Below the pieces are notes generated by a model. The model worked only from the letters and a program-made list of their open reading frames with translations. It did not search any database and had not been told where the DNA came from. A DNA stretch of 64,000 nucleotides from Dictyostelium discoideum (lineage: Eukaryota): the NCBI GenBank assembly GCA_000004695.1, contig CM000151.3, positions 6,208,001-6,272,000 of the forward strand, read 5' to 3'. Position numbers and translations under genes: made by a program. Of this stretch, positions 14,654 to 24,602 are shown one piece after another. Positions within the stretch are counted from its first letter, which is position 1. Each line of letters begins with the position of its first letter.

Positions 14654-15086
14654 ATGACTACTTTAACATCACACACAACTACTATCGATAATAATAATAA
14701 TAATAATAGTAATAGTAATAGTAATAGTAATATTAATAGTAATAGTAATAATAGTAGTAATAATGAAAACAATACAGGATTTAATAAAGCAAGTTCATCA
14801 AGTAGAAATCGAAGTGGTAGTATAAACATTGGTAGGAATAGGTCGAACAGTGATTCTGATTGTAATAATAATAATAATAATTCAAATAAAATTGAAAATG
14901 ATAATGAAAGTGAAACAAATAGTAAAAATACAGCAAATTCATCACCAGTATTATCATCATTTAAACCATATACAAATATAGTTGAATATTCAAAATCTGA
15001 ATTTAATTTAATGACAAAATCTTTAAGATTCATTGATAAAAATAGATATTTATCAACTATAAAGTGTACAATTTTAGGTTTAAGTG
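14654..15086 (+). CDS. Small GTPase-LRR protein, exon 1 of 4 (N/S-rich N-terminus, start of P-loop)
   Basis: ATG at 14654. Ends ...CTILGLSG with donor G|GTATGT. The intron carries (ATTTT)n and (AAT)35. Confidence 0.7.
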
Positions 15087-15188
15087 GTATGTATATAATT
15101 TTATAATTTTATTTTATTTTATTTTATTTTATTTTATTTTATTTTATTTTATTTTATTTTATTTTCATTATATTAATTTCATTCAAAA

Positions 15189-15296
<108 letters not shown>

Positions 15297-15312
15297 TAAT
15301 AATTAATAATAG

Positions 15313-16524
15313 GTGTTGGTAAAACATCATTTATGAGAAGATTTTCATCAGGTGAATTTTTAATTGAAGAATCAACAACATTTGGAGCAATTAGAACATT
15401 ACATATGATGCATTATAGTAATTTATCATTACATTTAGAGATTTGGGATTCAGGTGGTCATGATAGATTAAGAGGATTATTACCATTCTATTTATCGAAT
15501 GCAAATTGTGTGATATTGATGTATGATGTTTGTAATAGTGATAGTTTTAGAAGGACATTTGAAACATTATCAAAACAAAGAAAGGATATAGCTGACGGTG
15601 CATTAATTATAGTCATTGGTAATAAAGTCGATTGTGATAAGAAACGTGAGGTCACAACAGAACAATTGGAAAAGAAATGTTTAGAATCATTAGATACATT
15701 GGGTAATATAAGTTGGTGTGAAATTTCTGCAAAAACAGGTTACAACATTAGAGAACCATTTAATATAATCTCAAAGAATATTTCAACAATGATTTCAATT
15801 TTAAAATCAAATCATAAATCAAACTCTACTCAAAATCATTTAAATAATAGTAATAATAATAGTAATAGTATTATGAATAATAGTGGTAATAATTTATCAA
15901 ATTCAATTGGTTTATCAATTTTTCAAAATAATAGTAATAATAGTAATGGTGGTGGTGGTGGTGGAGGTGGTGGTGGTATTGGTAATAGTAATGGCAATTT
16001 ACCAACATTTTTCGAATTGGATGAAGAAAGTCAAGATGATTCAGATACAAATTCATCATTACCTTCACATATAATGTCAAATCCTGATTTGGTTATGATT
16101 CGTAATAACCATTATTCATGTTTAGAGAGATCAATTAAACCAATACCAGAGAATGTAATTATAAAATTGGATCAATTTAAAATTGAACTTGAACCAAGTA
16201 TAAATAATTTATTCAATAAATTCTTATCAATTAAAAAAAAAGTTTATACATTTAAAGAAATTATGAATAATGATGAAAATGATTTTAATAATAATAGTGG
16301 TAATAATAGTGGTAATAATAGTAATAATACAACTCCAGGTAATAGTGGTGAAGTTAAAGGTAGTTTTTGTATAATTGTGGATAAATTTCACCCAAAAAGA
16401 ATTGAATTCAAAAGAAAATCCTCAACAGTTACAACTTCTGATGTCGTTTTACTTTGTGATTATAGAGATCATTTAATTAAAATTTTTACTTCTTTATGTC
16501 CACCTAAATTTAAAATTCCAATTG
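15313..16524 (+). CDS. Small GTPase-LRR protein, exon 2 of 4 (Ras/Rab-like G domain)
   Basis: The splice gives GLSG-VGKTSFMRRF (P-loop), DSGGHDRL (switch II variant), GNKVDCDK (G4) and EISAKTG (G5). Donor ATTG|GTAAGT at 16525. Confidence 0.7.
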
Positions 16525-16635
16525 GTAAGTTTTTTATTTTTAAAAAAATATAAATTAATTAATAATAATAATAATAATAATAATAATTTTAATAATAATA
16601 ATAATTTTATTTTATTTTATTATTTTAAAAAATAG

Positions 16636-17115
16636 TTGAAGGTTGTAGTAGTAGTACAATTACAGATTTTATTGTATATTTTAATGATTGTTTAAGGTAT
16701 TATTCGAGAGATCCAATTGAAAGATCATATATTGAAAAGTTTAATAGGTTATCATCATCTTTATCATCATCATCATCATCATCATCAACTACACCAACAT
16801 CGTCAACATCGTCATCATCATCATCAACATTAAAAATTAATACAAGTGGTATTAATGGTATTAATAATAATGAAGTATTAGTTAATTTAAATTTGTCGAA
16901 AATGTTAAAAGATGAAAAATATATAATTTCAACCTCACAATCAATTAATTGGAATGCTTCAATTGAAACATTAGATATTTCTGATAATTCATTGGATAAA
17001 TATGATATAAAAATATTTAATGAATTATTACAATCAATTAATAATTCAGTATCTATTATTAATTTAAATTTATCTAATAATTCTTTAAATTTTAAACATA
17101 AAAATTCATTAGTTG
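16636..17115 (+). CDS. Small GTPase-LRR protein, exon 3 of 4 (S-rich linker, first LRRs)
   Basis: Acceptor aatag|TT. ...LDISDNSLDKYDIKIFNELLQSINNSVSIINLNLSNNSL (ribonuclease-inhibitor-type LRRs). Donor G|GTATGT at 17116. Confidence 0.65.
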
Positions 17116-17223
17116 GTATGTATAAAAAAAAAAAAAAAAAAAAATTATTATTATTATTATTAATAATTATTAAATTATTAAATTATTAATTTTTTTTTTT
17201 TTTTTATTTTTTAAAAAAATTAG

Positions 17224-17612
17224 AATTCATGCAATCAATGAAATTAAAATCATTAGATTTAAGTTTTAATGAATTATTTAATAGTTGTAATTTGATTGCA
17301 CAATCATTGACACATAATTCAACTTTAAATTATTTATCATTGGCTGGTAATAAATTAACAAATGATAATGCTCAATCGTTATCTCAAATGATTCAAAGTA
17401 GAAATAGCGTTATCAATAATTTAAATGTATCTGAAAATTTAATTGAAGATGAAGGTGCATTATTCTTATTAAAAGTTCAACAACAAAAACAACAACAACA
17501 ACAAATTTATTTAAATTTACAATCTAATCCAATTAAACATTTTTCAAAATTTACAACTGGTTCAAATTCTCAACCTTCTTCTCCAATCACTTCAAAACAT
17601 AATATTTATTAA
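17224..17612 (+). CDS. Small GTPase-LRR protein, exon 4 of 4 (LRRs, Q-rich tail)
   Basis: Acceptor ttag|AA. LKSLDLSFNELFNSCNLIAQSLTHNSTLNYLSLAGNKLTNDNAQSL...LNVSENLIEDEGALFL. Stop at 17610-17612. Confidence 0.65.
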
Positions 17613-17639
17613 GATTGGGAAAATGTTGGGAATCCAAAA

Positions 17640-17670
<31 letters not shown>

Positions 17671-17795
17671 CTAAATAATTTAAAGTTAAAATAATATTTG
17701 TTATACTGTATAGGTATTCAAATTTTAATTAATTTAAAAAAAAAAAAATAAAAAAAAAAAAATAAAAAAAAAAGAAATATAAATAAAAAAGAAAA

Positions 17796-17856
17796 GAAAA
17801 GAAAAGAAAAGAAAAGAAAAGAAAAGAAAAGAAAAGAAAAGAAAAGAAAAGAAAAG
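17796..17856. repeat. (GAAAA)n microsatellite followed by (AAAAT)n
   Basis: Direct repeats visible in the sequence. Confidence 0.9.
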
Positions 17857-18639
17857 AATAAAAATAAAAATAAAAATAAAAATAAAAATAAAAATAAAAA
17901 TTAAAATTAAAATAAATGAAATAAAAATCTTTTTATTTATCTAATTCTTTTACGTGTCAATTGATTATTATTAAATAGTATTGTAGAATTATATAATTGA
18001 TATACATTTGCAAAAGGGGTCTTTTGGTTATTATTATTATTACTATTATTTTGGACTGTGGCAATTGAAAGAATTGATTCTATTTTTTAAAATTAAAAAT
18101 ATTAGCAAGAAATAAATTAATTTATATAATTTTGTATTAAAACAAACCAATGATTGTCATTTTTTTTTTATTGTTTGAAAATATAATTAAAAAAAAAAAA
18201 AAATTCAAATAATCAATTATAACAACAAAAAAAAAAAATTAAAACAAAAAATCACAAATTTATTAATTTCAACATGGGAGCTCATGAAGCAAAAGGAGCA
18301 GTGGAGAGAAGAAAGGCAGACTCAGACAGCAAAGAAAATCCACCATTAAAATAATATAATAAAATGATATAATTAAAAATATAGTTAGTAATATTATTAC
18401 TTGTTTAATATATTAAAATCAATTGTTTAATATAATATAATTATTTACCATTAAAATGTTGTTCACTTCCATTTAAAATAAAATTTTAAATTAAATAATA
18501 GTTCATATTTTTCAATACTTTTTTTGAAGATGGTGAATAAAAAAAAAAGTCTTTGAAGAGGATATTCCTAAAATTACTCTTCTTAAAACATTTTTTTGTT
18601 TGTTTATTTATTTTATTATTGATTAATCTATTTTTAAAT

Positions 18640-18990
18640 TTAATTAATTGTTTTCTTTACTCGTGAAATTTCTCCAAACCCGAATCTTAATCTTGTAGTT
18701 TTTCTTTTTATTGAAGTTAAATTTTGTGAAGTTGGATATTGTAACCTTTCCGGAATTAATCGAGGAGTTAAATTTTGTGAAGTTGGAAATTGTAACCTTT
18801 CCGGAATTAATAGAGGAGTGGATCCATCATCATGATATTGAGTTAGAAGTGGCTGTGCGCATGATGGGCTACTTTGAATACTATTATTATCATCATCCTC
18901 TACAAATTCATCACGTTCTTGTTGGCTACTTTTATTATCTTCATCATCATCATCATCTTCTAAAACTTCATCACGTTCTTGTTCTGACAT
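18640..18990 (-). CDS. Hypothetical acidic protein of 116 aa with two pairs of 17-aa tandem repeats; GC-richer than surroundings
   Basis: ATG at 18990, 38 bp downstream of the tRNA. Repeats SEQERDEVLEDDDDDED/SSQQERDEFVEDDDNNS and TPLLIPERLQFPTSQNL/TPRLIPERLQYPTSQNL, encoded by two 51-bp tandem duplications that preserve the frame. The longer ORF-track N-terminus starts at TTG and reads through the tRNA. Confidence 0.35.
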   Translation of the reverse strand: MSEQERDEVLEDDDDDEDNKSSQQERDEFVEDDDNNSIQSSPSCAQPLLTQYHDDGSTPLLIPERLQFPTSQNLTPRLIPERLQYPTSQNLTSIKRKTTRLRFGFGEISRVKKTIN

Positions 18991-19028
18991 CGAACCAGCG
19001 ACTTTGATGTTCCGCAGTAAAAATAATT

Positions 19029-19101
19029 CACCCATTGTGGGTCTCGATCCCACGACCTGCAGCTTAGAAGGCTGCCGCAATTCCAACTTTGCTAAACGGG
19101 C
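19029..19101 (-). tRNA. tRNA-Arg (anticodon UCU)-like, 73 nt; possibly a diverged copy
   Basis: Cloverleaf GCCCGTT-TA-GCAA-AGTTGGAA-TTGC-G-GCAGC-CTTCTAA-GCTGC-AGGTC-GTGGG-ATCGAGA-CCCAC-AATGGGT-G. D-arm and anticodon arm are canonical, but the acceptor stem has 2 G-U pairs and the T-loop has A54 instead of T54. Confidence 0.5.
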
Positions 19102-19802
19102 TTTGTTGAAAATTTAGTTTTTGTACGGCTATAAATTTATATTTTGATTACAAATAAACTCCTAGAACACACCCAAATTGAGTGATGTTATTAAAAAAAA
19201 AAAAAAAAAAAAAATTTATATTTTAATATTTTTGAATCTCATGTTATAGATATCGAGGAGAATCTACTAACAATTGCATTATTTCATTCAAAAAAAATTT
19301 GTATATTTATATTTTTACTATCAAATATTTGAAAATATTTTTATATATTTTTATAATGTTTACAACATTAAATTAAATTATTATTTGAAATATATTAGTA
19401 GTACATTGTAATTTGTAATGAAGGCGAACGAGGTTTCATTACAATTTAAAAAATATCAATATTTTAATTTATAAATAATTATTTTAATTCTATTATTATT
19501 TTAGATAGATATATATTTAAAATATATTTTTAAAACATATTTAAAATATATCTAAATAATAAAAAATAAAAATATTTTAAATAAATAGACTAAAAATATT
19601 TTTTTTTATTTTTTATTTTCATTTTTTTTTTTTTTTTTGAAAATATCTTTGTGGATTTTAAACAAAAGTGTAAGAGAATATCAAAAAGAACAATAAAATT
19701 CGTCAGAAAGATTTTTTTAATTCCCAAACAGAAGGTGAAATTATTTTTTTTTTTTTTTTATTAATGGTGAAAGTGGTGAAAAGAAAATTCTAAATAAAAT
19801 TA

Positions 19803-19835
<33 letters not shown>

Positions 19836-19966
19836 TTTTTTATTTTTATTTTCAATCTCGTTATGGATATTTTTTTTTAAATAAAAAAAAAAAAAAAAAA
19901 AAAAAAAAAATAAAGTTTGTTTACTCTTTTTGTTAAAAAAAAAAAATACATTTTTATATTTTTCAC

Positions 19967-20014
<48 letters not shown>

Positions 20015-20080
20015 AATCGATACTCAAATAAATAAATATATAAAAGTTTTATTATTTACTCTATATATAATTTTTAAAAG

Positions 20081-20338
20081 ATGGGATCATCATTAAATAA
20101 ACCCTTATCAGATAGGGTGGAAGATATAAATAATCAATCATCAATGATATATGACCCATGGAGACACAGAGGTGATGTAAATTCAACCTATCATTCATCA
20201 TCATCGGTTACACATAGAAGAAGGAATCATAGGCTATCGCCTCTAGAAAAACAAAAAATGAAAAATATACAAAGTTTAAATTTTAGTGTAAATGATAATC
20301 TTTTACAAAGAGAAGAATATGAAAAAACAACAAAAGGG
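20081..20338 (+). CDS. CLC voltage-gated chloride channel family protein, exon 1 of 6
   Basis: ATG at 20081. Donor GGG|GTAAAC. Confidence 0.7.
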
Positions 20339-20421
20339 GTAAACTTAAATTATAATTATTATTACTTATATATATATAAATATATATAATATACTAATTT
20401 CTTTTTTTTATTTTTATTTAG

Positions 20422-20554
20422 CTTCATTTAAAAAAAACATTTGGTAAATGGATTATATGTTTATTTTTAGGTGTTATAGTTGGATGTATAGCATATGTAA
20501 TTAAAATGGTTGTTCAATTACTTCAAGGTTTAAAATTTCATTATACAAATCATT
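20422..20554 (+). CDS. CLC chloride channel, exon 2 of 6
   Basis: Acceptor tttag|CTT. LHLKKTFGKWIICLFLGVIVGCIAYVIKMVVQ (first TM helix). Donor T|GTAAGG. Confidence 0.7.
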
Positions 20555-20637
20555 GTAAGGAGTTTATATATATATTTATGTATTTATAAATATATAAACT
20601 TTATTTATTAATTAAATTAATTTTTATGTATATATAG

Positions 20638-21527
20638 ATGTATCAAATGGATTACAAGGTGAAGCATTTTTAACATTTTTAGGTATAAATTTATTATTTG
20701 TATTTTTATCATGTTTAATGGTGATAGTGGCAGGACCATTAGCAAGTAGTTCAGGTATACCAGAAGTTAAAGGAATTTTAAATGGTGTTAAAGTTAGAGA
20801 AGCATTAGGATTTAGAGCATTATTAGGAAAGATTGTATCATTGGTACTATCATTTTCATCTGGATTATTTGTTGGACCTGAGGGACCAATGATTCATATT
20901 GGATCAGCAGTTGGTGCTGCCATTAGTCAATTTAAGTCATCGACAATGGGTTTCTATCCATCGTTATTCCTTTCCTATAGAAACGATAGAGATAAGAGAG
21001 ATTTCATTTCAATTGGTGCAGCCACTGGGCTGGCAGCAGCATTTGGTGCACCCATTGGCGGCGTTTTATTTTCAATTGAAGAGGTATCATCATTTTGGTC
21101 ACGTCAATTAACTTGGAGAACATTTTTCACTTGTGTTATAGCAGCATTCACAACCAATTTCCTTTTACAAGGTATTGGTTCGTCACCTGATATGCATGAT
21201 ACTGGTTTACTCACTTTTGGTTTCTCAAGACTCTATCTATTTAGGTATTCAGAATTATTATGTTTTTGTTTCTTGGGTTTAATTGGTGGTTTGTTAGGTG
21301 CATTCTTTGTGTTTTTAAATATACATTTAAACAAATGGAGAAAAGAAAAATTAAAACAAAATCCTTATTTAAGATTATTCGAAGCATTGTTTGTAAGTGT
21401 TGTAACATCTGTAGTTTGTTATTATGCCTCTTTTATATTTGATTGTAGATACCAATCGAATATTGTCATTGAAACTAGTGTTTGTGAAGATCAATCGAAT
21501 ACTGAAATGGTGCAATTCTTTTGTCCT
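20638..21527 (+). CDS. CLC chloride channel, exon 3 of 6
   Basis: CLC signatures GSGIPEVK, GPEGPMIHIGSAVGA and GAATGLAAAFGAPIGGVLFSIEE. Donor CCT|GTAAGT. Confidence 0.85.
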
Positions 21528-21614
21528 GTAAGTTGAAGAAAAAAAAAAAAAATATAAAATATAAAAAAATAATTATTATTTATTAATTTCAATTTTTTTT
21601 TTTTCTTTTAAAAG

Positions 21615-22458
21615 GATGGAATGTATAGTGAATTGGGATCATTGTTATTTGGTAACCCAGATCAAGCATTAAGAAGATTATATTCAAGAACAAATAATAT
21701 GTTTACATTACCACCATTATTAGTGTTTACATTGATTTCATTATTTTTTTCAATTTGGTCAAGTGGTTTATGGGTCGCAGGTGGACTTTTTGTACCAATG
21801 ATGATGGTTGGTGCAGGATTTGGTAGGTTATTCGGTCAAACCATTTCAATGTGGTTCACAAATATTGATAGTAGTATTTATGCATTGGTAGGTTCAGCTG
21901 CAATGATGGCTGGTTATTGTAGGATGACCGTTTGTATAGTGGTAATCATGGTTGAACTAACTGAAGGTACACAATATTTAGTACCAATCATTTTGGCAGT
22001 AATGATATCTAAATGGGTTGGTGACTTTTTTAATGAATCAGTTTATGAACATTTAATGGAACAGAAATCAATACCATTCTTACAATCCAAACCACCCCAT
22101 TCAACGAATAACATTAGAATCTCTGATGTTATGAGTAAAAATGTTGTGGTTTTACCAGAAGTTTGCCAAGTTAGACTATTGGTCAACATTTTAAATTCAA
22201 ATAATCATAATGCTTTCCCTGTTATCAATAGTGGTCCATATGATAATCAAAGACTTTACCGAGGTATCATTCTTAGAGATCATATTTTGGTACTACTCTT
22301 TTATCGTGTATTCTATAGAGGTACCGGTGAAGAGATTTATTTAGATGAAAATTTTGACTTTGATAAATTTACAACAGAAACCTCAAAAAGTCCACCACCT
22401 TTATCTGAAATGAATTTTGATCAATTTGAATTAGATTCTTTTATTGATTTAAGACCAT
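21615..22458 (+). CDS. CLC chloride channel, exon 4 of 6
   Basis: Acceptor aaaag|GAT. TM helices GGLFVPMMMVGAGFGRL, GYCRMTVCIVVIMVELTEG. Donor T|GTATGT. Confidence 0.8.
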
Positions 22459-22478
22459 GTATGTAAATCTTATTTATT

Positions 22479-22526
<48 letters not shown>

Positions 22527-22584
22527 TATATGTATTAATATTAATTTATTTATTTATTTATTAAAAAAAAAAAAAAAAAAATAG

Positions 22585-22680
22585 ATATGAATAGTAGTGG
22601 AGTGACAATTCATAATACATTTTCATTTGTTGAAGCTTATAAATTATTTAGAAATATGGGTTTAAGACATTTACCAGTTA
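22585..22680 (+). CDS. CLC chloride channel, exon 5 of 6 (CBS domain)
   Basis: Acceptor atag|AT. YMNSSGVTIHNTFSFVEAYKLFRNMGLRHLPV. Donor A|GTAAGT. Confidence 0.7.
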
Positions 22681-22821
22681 GTAAGTTTTTTAATTTTTAA
22701 TTTTTTTATTTTTTAAAAAAAAAAAAAAATTAATTTTATTTTATAAAAATTTATATAATCATCATTCTAATACTTGTCTTCTTTTAAATTTTTTATTTAT
22801 TTAATTTTAAAAATATTAAAG

Positions 22822-22874
22822 TTGATATAAACAACGAGGTAGTTGGAATGGTAACTAGAAATGATTTATTCTAA
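22822..22874 (+). CDS. CLC chloride channel, exon 6 of 6 (end of CBS domain)
   Basis: Acceptor aaag|TT. ...DINNEVVGMVTRNDLF*. Stop at 22872-22874. Confidence 0.65.
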
Positions 22875-23027
22875 AAACTTGTTAAACTCAAATTATTCAA
22901 ATAATATTTTTTAATGTCAAAAAAAAAAAAAAAATAATAATAATTTTTATTTTTATATTTTTTTTTTTTTTCTTGGATTGTACAAATTTAAAAAATAAAT
23001 AAAATAATAATAATAATAAATAATAAC

Positions 23028-23100
<73 letters not shown>

Positions 23101-24515
23101 TCTCAACACACAAGTAAACCGCATCATCATTTTAATTATTATAAATTTAATAATTTAATAATATATTAAATATACATTTTACTATTATTAAGCTTGTATA
23201 ATATTTTATTTAATTCAATAAAATAAAATACTTAAATAAAATATACAAGTTGTATATCTGGGATAAACTTTAAACAAGTAAATATTAATCATTTGTTTTT
23301 AGAAAGAGTTAACATTGATTGGTTGAATCTTTTTTTTATATTTATTTTTTTTTTTCTTTTTTTTAAGAAAATGATTAATATTACAAGAAAAAAAAAAAAA
23401 GTATTGGAACACCTGTGTGTTATTTGTGGTGATAAAATTATGAATTTTATTTTACTAAAAAAAAATATTATTTGTGCATATTAAAATTAAAAAGGAATTA
23501 AAAAAAATAAAAATTAATTTTAAAAACCCACCCCAAAAAATTTAAATTTATTTCACAATAATAATACAAATTTAGTAAAATTTTACAAACAACAATTACA
23601 ACAGTTTTTAAAAAAATATCTAAAATAATAAGATCTAATTCGATTTCAAAAATTAAATAATATTAACATCATCACCTCTCAAATTATATGACATTTTTTT
23701 TTTTTTCTTTTTTTTTTTTCTATTTCTTTGTGTTTATTTTTTTTTTTATAATTTTTTTATTTTACTCAATCACATCAATATTAGATTTCAATCACTTGTT
23801 ATTGTTTTATTTTTTTAAATTATAACCCATTTTTTTAATTTTTTAAATTTTTGTTTGTTTTTTTTTAATTCAAACTGTGTTTGTGGAGGTTAAAAATACA
23901 ACTCATATTCAAAAAACCCACTTTTAATTATTTTTTAAAAAGAAATAAATAAAAAAACAGTTACCCAACATGCATTCAAACTTTTTTTTTTTATCTATTT
24001 CTTAATTTGAAGGGAAAAACAAAAAAATAATAATTAAAATGTTTTTTACAAACAAATATTTTGGTATAAAAAGGAATTTGAAAAAAAAAAAAATAATCAT
24101 TCAAATCAAATAAATCGAATTGTAAAATTAAATAAAAAAAACTTTAAAACTATAAAAAAAAAAAATGACTCTCTTTGGTAAATATTATTTTAAAAAGAGA
24201 CAAAAAAAAAAATAAAAAAATAAAAAAATAAAAAATTAATTATTAACATTTTAAAACAAAATAATAGAATCCTTAAGATCAATCTCATCTTTTTCAAATG
24301 AAAAGAACCAAAAATTAAACTCAAAAACAAACATTAGTTCAACAACTTTTTCGATTAACTCTTTTGAAAACAATAACATTTGCTTCAATGGAGGAGTTTG
24401 CCCTCGTTAACTTAATCGTACATAAACGTGTGCAACGTTCAAAAGATTCGAACTATTAAACAAACCATTTATAAATTAATATACTCATAATTTAAAAATT
24501 GTATAAATAAAATTA

Positions 24516-24551
<36 letters not shown>

Positions 24552-24602
24552 GAAAAAGAAAAAAGAAAAAGAAAAAAGATAGTATTTTTAGATATTGTCA
24601 AT

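Noticed and set aside
19041-19052. DUSE-like CCCACAA on the minus strand at 19041-19052
   Set aside because: It is simply the T-stem (CCCAC) plus 3' acceptor (AATGGG) of the tRNA-Arg-like gene, so the match is coincidental.
19084-19086. ORF-track methionines at 3500, 11149, 19086, 44464, 48057, 51292, 61787
   Set aside because: The underlying codons are TTG/GTG, not ATG. The track evidently allows alternative starts. In each case a real ATG or a spliced upstream exon gives a better model.
18990-19086. N-terminal 32 codons of the 18640-19086 ORF (MELRQPSKLQVVGSRPTMGELF...)
   Set aside because: This segment is the reverse-strand reading of the tRNA-like gene itself and starts at TTG. The first ATG is at 18990.
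23293-23484. Small AT-rich ORFs in intergenic DNA (23293-23484, 6559-6747, 34767-35127, 54485-54718, 55823-56050, 57818-58060, 59382-59630, 61219-61464)
   Set aside because: Low-complexity K/F/I-rich translations of A/T homopolymers with no domain, no codon bias, and often overlapping UTRs or introns of real genes.
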